A stretch of 63,608 nt of DNA, filler included, from Nitrospinota bacterium (GTDB lineage: Bacteria > JADFOP01): the NCBI GenBank assembly GCA_022562795.1. It is 3 parts of 3 records of this genome, joined end to end, with 100 filler letters (N's around TTAATTAATTAA, not from the genome) between each part and the next. Parts side by side here need not be neighbours in the genome. Positions count along the whole stretch, not along the records: positions 43,896 to 63,608 come from JADFOP010000040.1; 2 more parts are not named here. One strand, 5' to 3'. The notes under the pieces are model-generated. The model saw only the letters and a list, made by a program, of their open reading frames with translations, did no database searches and was not told where the DNA came from. The translations under genes and the position numbers were made by a program. Below, piece after piece: positions 50,911 through 61,481 of this stretch. Every line of letters starts with the position of its first letter. The first letter of the stretch is position 1.

Positions 50911-51141
50911 ATGGCAGAAAACATTCGTGATCAGGTGGAGCAGGTTCTCGATAAGATTCGACCCGCGGTCATGATGGACGGCGGCAACATTGAGCTCGTC
51001 GACGTGATTGAAGGGGTCGTGACCGTTCGCCTCTTGGGGGCATGCCACGGCTGCCCCTCCTCCACGGCGACGCTCCAGTTCGGGATAGAGCAGGCATTGA
51101 AGGACAATATCCCCGAAGTGGAGCGGCTAGTCGCCGTCTGA
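50911..51141 (+). CDS. NifU/Nfu-domain Fe-S carrier
   Basis: IRP...DGG.IELV, GACHGCPSS..TL..GIE. Confidence 0.93.
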   Translation: MAENIRDQVEQVLDKIRPAVMMDGGNIELVDVIEGVVTVRLLGACHGCPSSTATLQFGIEQALKDNIPEVERLVAV

Positions 51142-51178
51142 CACTCCCACCACTATATAACCTTCCTTTCGAATAAGC

Positions 51179-51217
51179 GCTGGCCGGGCTCCCCTTCCAG
51201 GGAAAGCCCGGCCAGCC
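51179..51217. terminator. Hairpin between convergent nfu and rplT
   Basis: GCTGGCCGGGCT...AGCCCGGCCAGC. Confidence 0.6.
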
Positions 51218-51285
51218 AAACCTCTGCGAATTCAATCATTTGTATGCCCACCAGGATGCCTCCCGGGGGGGCGAGCATACAACCA

Positions 51286-51312
51286 CAATTTCCGGGAATT
51301 TCCGAATTATCG
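51286..51312 (+). repeat. Short copy 3 of the TTTCC array
   Basis: CAATTTCCGGGAATTTCCGAATTATCG matches segments of the 42535-42606 array. Confidence 0.65.
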
Positions 51313-51369
51313 CTCTACGGGTTGGTTTTCTGCGAGAGCCAGGAGATGAGGTCTATTGCTTGAGGCGAC

Positions 51370-51729
51370 TTAGGCGGCCAGGGCGGTCTTGGCCCTGTCG
51401 GCAATCTGGCCGAAGGCCTCGGGGTCGTGTACGGCCAGGTCTGCGAGCACTTTGCGATCGAGCGCCACCTCGGCCCGCTTGAGCCCGTGCATGAACTCAC
51501 CGTAGGTGAGGCCGTGCAGGCGGGCCGCGGCGTTGATGCGGATGATCCAAAGACGTCGAAATTGGCGCTTTCGCTGGCGGCGGTCGCGGTAGGCGTACTT
51601 CATCGCCCGCTCGACGGCCTCCCGGGCCCTCTTGTAGCTATTGCGGCGCATCCCGTAGTAGCCCTTGGCCTGCTTGATTATCTTCTTATGTCGGCGCCGG
51701 GTGACCGGCCCGCTGGTGACTCTCGTCAT
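51370..51729 (-). CDS. rplT: 50S ribosomal protein L20
   Basis: AKGYYG, YAYRDRR.RKR.FRRLWI.RINAA. Confidence 0.98.
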   Translation of the reverse strand: MTRVTSGPVTRRRHKKIIKQAKGYYGMRRNSYKRAREAVERAMKYAYRDRRQRKRQFRRLWIIRINAAARLHGLTYGEFMHGLKRAEVALDRKVLADLAVHDPEAFGQIADRAKTALAA

Positions 51730-51739
51730 TGGGGGATCC

Positions 51740-51937
51740 TCAGGCGTAGGGCAGCATGCGGCCGACCCTCTTCTTTTCGGCCTTGCTTACGAGCGTTGGG
51801 CGGCGCAGGGAGCGCTTGCGCCCGGCCGTCTTCTTGGTCATGATGTGGCTGGCGTTGGACTTGCGGCGCTTAAACTTTCCGCTGGCGGTTTTTTTGAACC
51901 GCTTTGCGGCGCCTTTATTTGTCTTTAGCTTGGCCAT
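51740..51937 (-). CDS. rpmI: 50S ribosomal protein L35
   Basis: [17 protein letters not shown]. Confidence 0.97.
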   Translation of the reverse strand: MAKLKTNKGAAKRFKKTASGKFKRRKSNASHIMTKKTAGRKRSLRRPTLVSKAEKKRVGRMLPYA

Positions 51938-52057
51938 TGAGATCCATCCTCGACCCCTAACACTGAAGGCGCATCTATACCAGAGAGGCAGGTAAAAGGC
52001 AAGGAAAATTCGTCCGGCCAGGCTCTTCCTTATGACGCGGTGGGCTCGTAGGGCCGT

Positions 52058-52576
52058 TCAGGAGGAGGACCTGGGAACCAGGACCATGGACATGACGCGC
52101 CCCTCCCGCGTCGGGACCTGCTCTACCTGGCCCAGGTCGTTGACCTCTTCGGCCACCCGGTCGAGGATCGCCCTGCCCCGTTCGGGATGGTCCATCTCGC
52201 GGCCCCGAAACCTGATAGTGACCTTCGCCTTGTTCCCGTCGGTGAGGAAGCGTCTGACGTGGCGGACCTTAAACTGGTAGTCGTGCTCGTCGGTCTTGGG
52301 CCTAAGCTTGACCTCTTTGACCTGGATGGTGTGTTGCTTGCGCCGGGCTTCCTGGGACCGCTTGGCCTGCTGGTACTTCCATCGGCCGTAATCCATAACC
52401 TTGCAGACCGGCGGATTGCCGTCGGGGGAGACCTCCACCAGGTCGAGGCCGCTATCCTCTGCCACCTGCAGAGCCTCTTCGAGGGGCACGACCCCTACAT
52501 GGTTGCCCTCGGGGTCTACGAGGCGAACCTCATTGACCCTGATCATCTCGTTTACCCGTAATCGCTTCTTGCTAAT
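52058..52576 (-). CDS. infC: Translation initiation factor IF-3, ATT start
   Basis: R.NE.IR..EVRL, LDLVEV.P, MDYG, VKEVK.RP; in-frame ATT after AGGAGG. Confidence 0.95.
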   Translation of the reverse strand: MSKKRLRVNEMIRVNEVRLVDPEGNHVGVVPLEEALQVAEDSGLDLVEVSPDGNPPVCKVMDYGRWKYQQAKRSQEARRKQHTIQVKEVKLRPKTDEHDYQFKVRHVRRFLTDGNKAKVTIRFRGREMDHPERGRAILDRVAEEVNDLGQVEQVPTREGRVMSMVLVPRSSS

Positions 52577-52591
52577 AACTCCCTCCTTCTT

Positions 52592-54541
52592 CTAGGCCTC
52601 CTCAAGGAGGCTCGTTAGACTGCGCGAGGTGGCCTCCTTACGGAGGACGTCCGTAAGGCGCTCCAACTCCATGCCCCGAATGTCCGCGCCTCCGCGGGTG
52701 CGGACCGAAACTGTCCGTTCACTGACTTCCTGGTTGCCTACTATGGCCATGTAGGGAATCTTCTCCACCTGGGCTTCGCGGACCTTGTAGCCGATCTTCT
52801 CGTTGCGCAGGTCCGCCTCGGCCCGAAGCCCCTCCGCTTTGAAAGCAGCCACAAGCTCACGAGCGTAGGCCTGCTGGGCGTCGGTGATGGTCATGACGCG
52901 TACCTGGACGGGCGCGAGCCACACCGGGAAGGCTCCGGCGTAGTGTTCCACGAGCCCCCCGACGAAGCGCTCCATGCTGCCGAGCACCGTGCGGTGGACC
53001 ATGACCACGTGGTGGTGGGCCCCGTCGGGGCCGACGTAGGTTATGTTGAACCTCTTGGGCAGGTTGAAGTCTAACTGGATGGTCGGGCCCTGCCAGCCCC
53101 GGCCCAAAGCGTCGAGCATCTTGATATCTATCTTAGGCCCGTAGAAGACGGCTTCGCCCTCTTGGCGCACGGCTTCGAGGCCCTTGGCGGCAAGGGCCTT
53201 GGCCAGCGCCTCCTCGGCCATGGCCCACTCGTCTTCACCTCCGGCATACTTCTCCGGCTCAAGAGGGTCGCGAAGGCCGAGGGTCAGCTCGAAGTCCTCG
53301 TAGCCGAAGGTCGCGAGCATGAATTGGGCGAGGTCGATGACCCCGAGGACCTCGTCGGCTAGCTGATCGGGCGTGCAGAAGATGTGAGCATCGTCTTGGG
53401 TAAATCCCCGGACCCGGAGCATCCCGTGGAGGGTGCCGCTTCGCTCGTAGCGGTAGACGGTGCCCATCTCGGCGTAGCGGATGGGCAGCTCCCGGTAGCT
53501 TCTCAGCTTAGTCTGGTAAATCATGATGTGGCCGGGGCAGTTCATGGGTTTGACGACGTATTCGTCCTCGTCGATGTTCAGGACGTACATGTTTTCGCGG
53601 TAGAAGTCGTAGTGGCCGCTGGTGCGGAAGACCCGGTCGCGGACGATGTGGGGGATGGAAACCAGATCGTAGCCGCGCCGTGTGTGCTCGTCCTCCCAGA
53701 AGCGCTCGATGACCTTCCTGATGATCGTCCCCTTGGGGTGCCAGTAGATGAACCCTCCCCCGGCCTCATCATGGATACTGTAGAGGTCGAGTTGCCGGCC
53801 TAGCACGCGGTGGTCTCGCTTGCGGGCCTCCTCGAGCGCCGCCAGGTGGGCCTCCAGGGCCTCAGCCGTGGGGAAAGAGGTGCCGTAGATGCGCTGGAGC
53901 ATCTTATTGTCCTCGAGGCCCCGCCAGTAGGCCCCGGCTACAGACAATAGCTTGATGGCCTTGATGGCGCCGGTCGAGGGCACGTGGGGCCCACGGCAGA
54001 GGTCGACGAACTCCCCCTGCCTATAGATGGTGACAGTGGGCTCGTCGATCTCTTCGAGAATCTCCACTTTGTAGCCCTCGCCTAATTGCCGGAACATCTC
54101 GATCGCCTTCGGGCGGTCCATCACCTCCCGGAACACCGGAATGTCCTCGGCGATGATTTTGCGCATTTCGGCCTCGATGGCCTCCAGGTCCTCCGGTGTG
54201 AAGGGCTCCTCCCGGTCGAAATCGTAGTAATAACCGTCCTCAATGGGGGGCCCGATGGAGTAGTGAGCCTTAGGCCAGAGGCGTTTAACGGCCTGGGCCA
54301 GGATGTGGCTCGTTGAGTGGCGGTAGGCCTCGGCCCCCTCGGGGTCATCGAAGGTCACTACGCTTACGGAGGCCGGCTCCTCAAGGGAGATGGAAAGGTC
54401 CACCAGTGAACCGTTGACCTTGGCGGCCAACGCATCAGGCAGGGCCGCGGGGTAGTGGGCCTCCAAGGCCTCGGCAACCGTTGTGCCGGCCTGCACGGAG
54501 GCGTTAGAGCCGTCGGGAAAAGCGACAACAATCTCAGCCAT
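52592..54541 (-). CDS. thrS: Threonyl-tRNA synthetase
   Basis: TGS domain, DLCRGPH, RDHR.LG, KPMNCPGH, RVRGFTQDDAH, GSMERF. Confidence 0.98.
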   Translation of the reverse strand: MAEIVVAFPDGSNASVQAGTTVAEALEAHYPAALPDALAAKVNGSLVDLSISLEEPASVSVVTFDDPEGAEAYRHSTSHILAQAVKRLWPKAHYSIGPPIEDGYYYDFDREEPFTPEDLEAIEAEMRKIIAEDIPVFREVMDRPKAIEMFRQLGEGYKVEILEEIDEPTVTIYRQGEFVDLCRGPHVPSTGAIKAIKLLSVAGAYWRGLEDNKMLQRIYGTSFPTAEALEAHLAALEEARKRDHRVLGRQLDLYSIHDEAGGGFIYWHPKGTIIRKVIERFWEDEHTRRGYDLVSIPHIVRDRVFRTSGHYDFYRENMYVLNIDEDEYVVKPMNCPGHIMIYQTKLRSYRELPIRYAEMGTVYRYERSGTLHGMLRVRGFTQDDAHIFCTPDQLADEVLGVIDLAQFMLATFGYEDFELTLGLRDPLEPEKYAGGEDEWAMAEEALAKALAAKGLEAVRQEGEAVFYGPKIDIKMLDALGRGWQGPTIQLDFNLPKRFNITYVGPDGAHHHVVMVHRTVLGSMERFVGGLVEHYAGAFPVWLAPVQVRVMTITDAQQAYARELVAAFKAEGLRAEADLRNEKIGYKVREAQVEKIPYMAIVGNQEVSERTVSVRTRGGADIRGMELERLTDVLRKEATSRSLTSLLEEA

Positions 54542-54562
54542 TGCGGCAAGACTCACAGAGAG

Positions 54563-54606
54563 AAAAAAACGGCATCATGGATGGCCGCTGGCCGTCCAAG
54601 ATGCCG
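54563..54606 (-). terminator. Terminator-like hairpin between tRNA-Val and thrS
   Basis: Minus strand CGGCATC.TGGA.GGCC-loop-GGCC.TCCA.GATGCCG then U7. Confidence 0.6.
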
Positions 54607-54691
54607 CGAGCTTTCGACACCAACCTGCTGGTGAGCGTCAAACTGAGGATACCCTCTCTGAAGGGTCAAAGATGGTACAATTTCTAGAAAA

Positions 54692-54766
54692 TGGTAGGCA
54701 CGGGCGGTATCGAACCGCCGACCTCTTGCGTGTCAAGCAAGCGCTCTCCCCCTGAGCTACGCGCCT
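54692..54766 (-). tRNA. tRNA-Val(GAC)
   Basis: Cloverleaf, anticodon loop TTGACAC, GGTTCGAT T-loop, CCA end; TTGACA-17-TAATGT promoter upstream. Confidence 0.95.
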
Positions 54767-54830
54767 AGCTATCAGGTACGCTCGTACAGAAACTACATTA
54801 TTCATTGACGGGAGAGTTGTCAAGGGAAAA

Positions 54831-55247
54831 TCAGCCACCCTCGGAAGTGGCGGGCTGAAGGATTTCCAAGAGCACCCCTCCGGTGCTCTTGGGATGGAGA
54901 AAGGCCACCAGGGTGTCGTTTGCGCCCGGCTCGGGCCGCTCGTTGATGAGCCGCACCCCCTTGGACTTGTAATGGTCCAAGGCAGCGGCCACATCGTCGA
55001 CCTCGAAGGCGATGTGGTGGATGCCCTCGCCCCGCTTGGCCAGGAACTTCGCCACGCCTCCATCCGGGTTGAGAGGCTCGACGAGCTCGATCTTTACATC
55101 ACCTATAGCGAAGAACGCGACCTTTACCTCAAAGTTATCAAAAACTTCAATGCCGCCCCCGGAAAACCCCAGGACCTCGCTGAAGAGGCGGGAGCTTGCC
55201 TCGACATCTTTGACGGCAATGGCGATGTGGTTGATTTTTTTGAGCAT
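54831..55247 (-). CDS. mce: Methylmalonyl-CoA epimerase (VOC family)
   Basis: INHIAIAV, KIELVEP, KRGEGIHHIAF.V, FLHPKSTGGVL.E. Confidence 0.88.
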   Translation of the reverse strand: MLKKINHIAIAVKDVEASSRLFSEVLGFSGGGIEVFDNFEVKVAFFAIGDVKIELVEPLNPDGGVAKFLAKRGEGIHHIAFEVDDVAAALDHYKSKGVRLINERPEPGANDTLVAFLHPKSTGGVLLEILQPATSEGG

Positions 55248-55357
55248 CAGCCAAGCACCAGGGGGCTCAATCTCTAATCAAGGGGCCCCAAGGAAGCCGG
55301 GTAAGAGGTGCGGAGCGGGGGGTGTGCATCCCTTGGACAGCGGCGACCGTACCCCCA

Positions 55358-56596
55358 TCAGACCGCCTTTTTTTCATAGATCGTGATGGGATAGGCGCGC
55401 TGCGTTATGACCTCTTCGGATATGACGCACTCCTTGATGTCGGTCAGGCTCGGCAGTTCGTACATGATGTCCAGCATGACCTCTTCGAGAATTGCCCGCA
55501 GGCCACGGGCGCCGGTCTTTCGCTCCAAGGCCTCGCTGGCGGTGGCCCGTATGGCGCTGTCGGTGAAGGAGAGTTGGACGTTCTCGAATTGGAAGAACTT
55601 CTGGTACTGCTTGATGAGAGAGTTCTTGGGCTCGGTGAGAATCCGCTCGAGGTCCACCTCGTCGAGTTCGGCCAGGACTGCTGTTACTGGCAGGCGGCCG
55701 ATGAACTCGGGGATGAGGCCGTAGCGGATTAAGTCCGTCGGCTGGACCTGGGCCATAATGTCATCGATCTTCTCAGACTCGGAGGTCTCCTCGGCCGTTT
55801 TGAAACCCATGACCTTCTTACCGACACGGTTCTGAATGATTTTGTCAAGCCCGATAAAAGCCCCCCCGCAGACGAAGAGGATGTCGGTGGTGTCGACCTG
55901 GACGAACTCCTGGTGGGGATGCTTGCGCCCACCCTGGGGCGGCACGCTGGCGACCGTCCCCTCGATAATCTTAAGCAGGGCCTGCTGGACCCCTTCACCT
56001 GAGACGTCGCGGGTAATTGAGGGATTCTCGCTCTTTAAACTTATTTTATCGATCTCGTCGATGTAGATGATGCCACGCTGGGCGCGGGCCACGTCGTAGT
56101 CGGCCGACTGGAGCAGCTTGAGGATTATGTTCTCCACGTCCTCGCCCACGTAGCCAGCCTCGGTCAAGGTAGTGGCGTCGACGATGGTGAAGGGCACCTC
56201 CAGGATGCGCGCCAGGGTCTGGGCCAGCAACGTCTTGCCGCTTCCGGTCGGGCCGATGAGGATAATGTTGGATTTCTGGAGCTCTACGTCGTCGGCCATG
56301 CTTCCTGCATCAATGCGTTTGTAGTGGTTGTGTACGGCCACCGAGAGTATTTTCTTGGACTTATCCTGTCCGATGACGTACTCATCCAGGTGGTCCTTTA
56401 CCTCTCGCGGCTTGAGAAGGTAGCTGCCCTCGGAGGTCTTGGTCTGAGAGGTCTCCTCGGTGATAATTTCGCCGCACAGCTCGACGCATTCATTGCATAT
56501 GTAAACGGTGGGGCCAGCGATAAGTTTTTTTACATCGTCCTGGCTCTTGCCGCAAAATGAACAGCGAAGCGTATCGTCCTGGCTTTCTCTGGCCAT
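55358..56596 (-). CDS. clpX: ATP-dependent Clp protease ATPase ClpX
   Basis: [35 protein letters not shown]. Confidence 0.98.
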   Translation of the reverse strand: MARESQDDTLRCSFCGKSQDDVKKLIAGPTVYICNECVELCGEIITEETSQTKTSEGSYLLKPREVKDHLDEYVIGQDKSKKILSVAVHNHYKRIDAGSMADDVELQKSNIILIGPTGSGKTLLAQTLARILEVPFTIVDATTLTEAGYVGEDVENIILKLLQSADYDVARAQRGIIYIDEIDKISLKSENPSITRDVSGEGVQQALLKIIEGTVASVPPQGGRKHPHQEFVQVDTTDILFVCGGAFIGLDKIIQNRVGKKVMGFKTAEETSESEKIDDIMAQVQPTDLIRYGLIPEFIGRLPVTAVLAELDEVDLERILTEPKNSLIKQYQKFFQFENVQLSFTDSAIRATASEALERKTGARGLRAILEEVMLDIMYELPSLTDIKECVISEEVITQRAYPITIYEKKAV

Positions 56597-56605
56597 TATT
56601 GCTTC

Positions 56606-57253
56606 CTACCCCTTAGGGGATTTGTCGCCCTTTTCGTTGGACTCGGCGGCCTCAGCGCCGGGCTCGCCGCCGTCCTTGGAGGCGATTACTTCGTCGATGA
56701 TGCCGTATTCTTTGGCCTCCTCGCCCGACATGAAGAAGTCCCGGTCTGTGTCTTGCTTGATGGCCTCCACGTCCTTGCCGGTGTGGAGGGCGAGAATTTT
56801 ACTCAGGGTCTCCTTCATCAGGAGAATCTCGCGTGCCTGGATGTCGATGTCGGTGGCCTGGCCTCGGAAGGCGCCGGCCGGCTGGTGCAGCATGATGCGG
56901 GCGTGGGGTAGTGCGAAGCGCTTACCTTTGGCGCCGGCTGACAGAAGGAGCGCCCCCATGCTGGAAGCCTGCCCGACGCAGATGGTGGAGACATCGGACT
57001 TAATATACTGCATGGTGTCGTATACGGCGAGCCCGCTGGTGACGATGCCTCCAGGCGAATTGATGTAGAGGTAGACGTCTTGGGCCGGCTCATCGGCCTC
57101 GAGGAACAGTAGTTGAGCGATGACGAGGCTGGAGATGAGGTCGTCGATGGCGCTGCCTATGAAGATGATCCGGTCTTTGAGGAGCCGCGAGTATATGTCA
57201 TAGGCCCGCTCTCCCCGCTGGGTCTGTTCCACAACTATGGGCACCAGTGGCAC
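56606..57253 (-). CDS. clpP: Clp protease proteolytic subunit
   Basis: [33 protein letters not shown]. Confidence 0.98.
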   Translation of the reverse strand: MPLVPIVVEQTQRGERAYDIYSRLLKDRIIFIGSAIDDLISSLVIAQLLFLEADEPAQDVYLYINSPGGIVTSGLAVYDTMQYIKSDVSTICVGQASSMGALLLSAGAKGKRFALPHARIMLHQPAGAFRGQATDIDIQAREILLMKETLSKILALHTGKDVEAIKQDTDRDFFMSGEEAKEYGIIDEVIASKDGGEPGAEAAESNEKGDKSPKG

Positions 57254-57309
57254 GAAGCGCTCTCCTGTCCGTTGTTTCTCTACTGAATCCGTTTAACTAG
57301 TATATCATA

Positions 57310-58608
57310 CTATTCAGCGGCCGAATCTTCCACTTCTTTTCTCGCCACCACCTCTTCGGTTATCTGCAGCTCGGCTACCAAAGCGTCCAGGGCGCTGCTG
57401 CGGCGAAGCTCGAGACGTAGCCCCTCGATGGTCCCCTCGTCTTCCATCTCCTTGCGAACCTCGGCGGGCTCGCGGTTGAGGCGATGGGCAAGCCGCGCCA
57501 CCTCCGTTTGTATGTCACCCTCGCTGGGCTCGACGCTCCGGACGGCGGCAACCCGATCCAGGACGATACTGCTGATGGCCCGCTCCCGGGCGGGCTCCTT
57601 AAGTCGCTCCGAGAACCCCTCTGCCCGAATTTCGCTCGTATCGAGCTGGTGGCCACTGGCGGCCATCGAGCGCTGGAGGTCAGCCATGAGCCTTCGTACC
57701 TCCTCCTCGATGAGGGCGTCGGGAACGGGGATGTCGTGGAGCGCAACCATGCGGCGGCTCACATCAGCTCGGAGCCGCTCGGTGGCGCGTAGCTCCTCGA
57801 ACCGCTCCATCTCGCGCCGGAGAGTGACCCGCAGGGACTCTAAGCTCTCCTCGCCCACGCTGAGAGCAAGGGCCTCATCGAGTGGCGGGACGCGACGCTT
57901 CTTAACCTCTTGGACGGTGATACGAAAGCGCCGCTCTTCGCCCACCTCCTCATCGGGGGGGATCGTGACCTCGCGGACCTCGCCCTGGCAAGCTCCGAGA
58001 AGCTGCTCTTCAAAGACCGGGTGTAGACCCCCCTCGCCCAGGATGACGGGGTGGGACTGGACGGCGCCAGCCGAAGGCTCCCGGCCCACGTCGGTACGCT
58101 CGAAATCAAGCATGACGTAGTCGCCCTTCGCCAAAGGTTCCTCGTCGCTCCCCTCAAAGCTGGCGTGCTGCTCGGCCAGCCGGGCAAGCTGCCCCTCCAG
58201 CTCCTCGTCTGTCACCCGGACCACTTTCTTGGTGAAATTCTCACCCTCTAAGGAGCGGAGCTCGAAGTCGGGGATGACCTGGACGGTGGCGGTGAAGGAT
58301 AGGGGTTCGCCCAGCCTTACGTTGGCCCCCTCCACCCGAGGGCGGCCCACGGCCTCAAGCCCGTGGGAGGCCACGACCTCGAGCAGAGCCGGCCCGACGA
58401 GCCCCTCCGCCACCTCTTGCTCCACCTGGTGTCGGTAGAGGCTCTCGAGCATCTCCCTGGGCGCCCGGCCCTTGCGGAACCCTTGGAGCTTGACCCTCCG
58501 GTTCAGCTCTCGGTAGGCGGCGTCAATGGCTTCCCGGACCTCCTCCGCCGGCAAAGTGACGGCCACCTGGCGGGTGACTTCATCCACGGTCGTGATTTTG
58601 CTCTCCAC
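57310..58608 (-). CDS. tig: Trigger factor
   Basis: GFRKGRAP ribosome-binding motif; between tRNA-Leu and clpP. Confidence 0.92.
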   Translation of the reverse strand: MESKITTVDEVTRQVAVTLPAEEVREAIDAAYRELNRRVKLQGFRKGRAPREMLESLYRHQVEQEVAEGLVGPALLEVVASHGLEAVGRPRVEGANVRLGEPLSFTATVQVIPDFELRSLEGENFTKKVVRVTDEELEGQLARLAEQHASFEGSDEEPLAKGDYVMLDFERTDVGREPSAGAVQSHPVILGEGGLHPVFEEQLLGACQGEVREVTIPPDEEVGEERRFRITVQEVKKRRVPPLDEALALSVGEESLESLRVTLRREMERFEELRATERLRADVSRRMVALHDIPVPDALIEEEVRRLMADLQRSMAASGHQLDTSEIRAEGFSERLKEPARERAISSIVLDRVAAVRSVEPSEGDIQTEVARLAHRLNREPAEVRKEMEDEGTIEGLRLELRRSSALDALVAELQITEEVVARKEVEDSAAE

Positions 58609-58648
58609 AACCCGCTGCTCCTATGAGATATGGCCTAGGGTTAAATTA

Positions 58649-58734
58649 TGGTGCGAGAGGGGGGATTCGAACCCCCACGGCCGAAGCCACAGGATCCTAA
58701 GTCCTGCGCGTCTACCAAATTCCGCCACTCTCGC
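58649..58734 (-). tRNA. tRNA-Leu(TAG)
   Basis: Long variable arm, anticodon loop CTTAGGA, GGTTCGAATCC, CCA. Confidence 0.95.
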
Positions 58735-58774
58735 ACGGCAGGGGCGGAGGAACTTCCCTCCGCCCCCGATGGCG

Positions 58775-58850
58775 TGGTAGGCGGCGAAGGACTCGAACCT
58801 TCAACCTACGGATTAAGAGTCCGTTGCTCTGCCAGTTGAGCTAGCCGCCC
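58775..58850 (-). tRNA. tRNA-Lys(CTT)
   Basis: Anticodon loop CTCTTAA, GGTTCGAGTCC, CCA. Confidence 0.95.
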
Positions 58851-58961
58851 ACCGCGTTCGTAACTAGACCCACCCTCCTGCGTTCACTGGCACGCCAGGC
58901 CTGATTTAGAATACACTCAAAGTAAAATGCCTATTCACATGCTCGGCTTCCTACAGGAGTG

Positions 58962-58990
58962 ATTATAAATTGGAGCTTCCCAGGATGCAA
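58962..58990 (-). promoter_or_regulatory. sigma70 promoter for tRNA-Lys/Leu-tig-clp
   Basis: TTGCAT-17bp-TATAAT. Confidence 0.7.
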
Positions 58991-59297
58991 GTGAAGGGCG
59001 AAATCCTGTTGGTTCAGGCAAAAGTGGCCGGAGTGGCGGGCTTTAAAGAAACGTCACACCTCGTAGGGCCGCCGATTAATGGAGTTGTCCAGGGGACCTT
59101 GTCCTTTCCTCCAGGGTTTGATAGACTTTGCGGAACCTCTCGGGCATAATTGACGCCTTTTTATTTCCCATTAGGGGGACGTGGTGCGTGAGGGGATGTT
59201 AAGGGGCCCTTGAAGTCTGGGCTCGTTTCCCATGTGGCCCATGGACCGTCTTAGGAAGAATCCCGGTGCTCAGAACACACCTGCGTAGGGGAGTGCT

Positions 59298-60443
59298 ATG
59301 ACGGGGTTGCTCATTTTATTTCTCGTGACAGCATCGATTCTGTGGGTCTCTCTCTTCGGTTATCTATTGGCCCTTGTCTTTTTTGCCTCGCGTCGACATC
59401 GTGACGATCTAGGTGCTTCAGCCTTGCCTGAAATTGCGGTCGTCGTGCCGACCCTAAACGAAGAGGAGCTAATTTTAGCCAAGATCGCCGATCTGCGGCG
59501 TACCGACTACCCCAGCGACCGGATGACAGTTGTGGTGGTCGATGGAGGGTCGGTCGATCAGACCACGAAACTCATACGTCAGGAGATCGCACGGGGGGAG
59601 CCAATCCATCTTGTCTCCCTGAACGGCGCTCGAGGAAAGTCGTACCAGATCAATCATGTGCTTGGAATCTTGACGCAGGATATCGTTGTATTCACTGATG
59701 TGGATTCGGTGCTCGAACCTTCCTGTATTAGGGAACTCATCAGCGTGTTAGAGCGCGACCCAAACACAGCGGTAGCTGGCGCCACCGTGCGGCCTGATAC
59801 CGCTCTCCTGGAAGAACGCATTCATTGGTGGTTTCAAAATTATTTATGGTGGCTTGAGGGCGAGGTCCTGTCATCTGCTGGTGTCAGTGGGGTCTGCTTT
59901 GCCGTACGGCGAGAGACTGTTCTACCCCTCCCACAGGATGCCTATGCTGACGACGTCCACGTCGCTTTCGCCGCTGGGGCTCGGGGCTTTCGTGCGCGCC
60001 TCTGTCGCAAGGCGCACGCAACAGAAATCCGCGTCCCCCAGACGGCGAGCGAGTTCGTGCAATTTCGGCGTCGCCGTGGATCGGTCTACCTGTCCGAGCT
60101 GCTGCGCCCGTCGAAGGACCTCCACCCTCCCGTGAGCTGGAAGCTGGCGCGGCTGATGCGGCTGTGGCACTTCCTGGTGACGCCGAAGGTCGGGGTCGTC
60201 CTGGCCGTCTCAGCCTGCGTGCTCCTCGGGACGCCCTACTGGCACTGGCCGCTGTTGACCTTCGCTGCCTTCGCCGCTCCAGCATGTGCGGCCCTGATTG
60301 CTTCCAAGACTCTGGCGGTCGAAAGGAGCGGGTGGTGGAGCTTGAACCTGGCTGCAAGCCGATTGTTGGTCCTTAACTTGGTATCCATGTTGACGTTGAA
60401 ATACCGCCCCCCAGTACGGGGTCCCGTGGGAGGGAAACCATGA
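59298..60443 (+). CDS. Membrane GT2-family glycosyltransferase
   Basis: VVVPTLNEE, VVDGGSVD.T, GK, FTDVD (DxD), ADD, Q.RRR; N- and C-terminal TMs. Confidence 0.88.
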   Translation: MTGLLILFLVTASILWVSLFGYLLALVFFASRRHRDDLGASALPEIAVVVPTLNEEELILAKIADLRRTDYPSDRMTVVVVDGGSVDQTTKLIRQEIARGEPIHLVSLNGARGKSYQINHVLGILTQDIVVFTDVDSVLEPSCIRELISVLERDPNTAVAGATVRPDTALLEERIHWWFQNYLWWLEGEVLSSAGVSGVCFAVRRETVLPLPQDAYADDVHVAFAAGARGFRARLCRKAHATEIRVPQTASEFVQFRRRRGSVYLSELLRPSKDLHPPVSWKLARLMRLWHFLVTPKVGVVLAVSACVLLGTPYWHWPLLTFAAFAAPACAALIASKTLAVERSGWWSLNLAASRLLVLNLVSMLTLKYRPPVRGPVGGKP

Positions 60444-61444
60444 TTCGTTCCCGTCATCTCAAGATGGCCTCACGCTTTCTTGCCCACCGCTTCCGGGAGC
60501 TGCACCCCTTCGAGGTCCAGGCCAGCCTCTTAAACGCCTGCAACCTCCGGTGCGTCTACTGCTGTTGCCCCGATATTAAGACTCGGATGATGACGACGGA
60601 GCAGTGGAAGACTATAATCCGCAGTCTTGGAGCTCTTGGTACGATGCGCATCAAGTTCCAGGGGGGCGAGCCCACCCTCCGGGCGGATTTCCGAGACCTG
60701 TGTTCCGAGGTTCAGAAAGCCGGGATTATTTGCGCTGTTATCACTCATGGGCTCGAAGTCGCCAACAAACCAGAGTTGCTCGATTATCTCGACGAAATCG
60801 TTTTCAGCTTGGACTCGGCAACCCCAGAGATCAACGATTCTCTTCGCGGTCAGGGGACGCATGCCGAAGCTGTCAAAGCGATCGACATCGCGCGTCATCG
60901 CGGTCTACGGACCTATTTGAGTATGGTTGTCAACAAGGAGACACTCGGTGAGGTGGAGGCCCTGCTGGAGTTCTGTGAGGCCCGGGGAGTGGGGTTTCAC
61001 GCCCAGCCGATTATCTTCGGGAGGCAATACTTCGACGAGACGGCGCGGCGTTTAGCGTTGACAGACGAAGAGGTGAGGGCCCTGCATAAACGTCTTGCGG
61101 GGTGGAAGTCCCAGGGTCGCCGATTAATGTTTTCGGTACGATCCTACGAGAAAACATTGGAATGGAAGGATTACGGCGAGCTTGCGATACAGAGTCCGGG
61201 CGAGTCTTCGTGTATGGCAGGCAAAGATTACATCCACATCGAACCTAACGGCGACGTACTCCCGTGCAATCAGCATGGGGCAAACTTCACCCCAAAAAAT
61301 ATAATTAAGGATGGGCTGGATGAGGCACTTCGCCACACACGACGGCACAACTGTGGAGATTGCTTTTCGGTCTTTTTGAATGAGCGGAAGGCCTTGTTCG
61401 GTCTCAGGCCAGCGGCGCTCCGGGAGGTTGTTCGGCGGGGCTGA
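60440..61444 (+). CDS. Radical SAM protein with twitch/SPASM-like C-terminus
   Basis: CNLRCVYC, GGEP.LR, SLD, CMAG...PNGDVLPC...CGDC. Confidence 0.92.
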   Translation: MIRSRHLKMASRFLAHRFRELHPFEVQASLLNACNLRCVYCCCPDIKTRMMTTEQWKTIIRSLGALGTMRIKFQGGEPTLRADFRDLCSEVQKAGIICAVITHGLEVANKPELLDYLDEIVFSLDSATPEINDSLRGQGTHAEAVKAIDIARHRGLRTYLSMVVNKETLGEVEALLEFCEARGVGFHAQPIIFGRQYFDETARRLALTDEEVRALHKRLAGWKSQGRRLMFSVRSYEKTLEWKDYGELAIQSPGESSCMAGKDYIHIEPNGDVLPCNQHGANFTPKNIIKDGLDEALRHTRRHNCGDCFSVFLNERKALFGLRPAALREVVRRG

Positions 61445-61481
61445 GGCCTCTCGGCCTGAATATGGAACCCAAGGAGACAAT

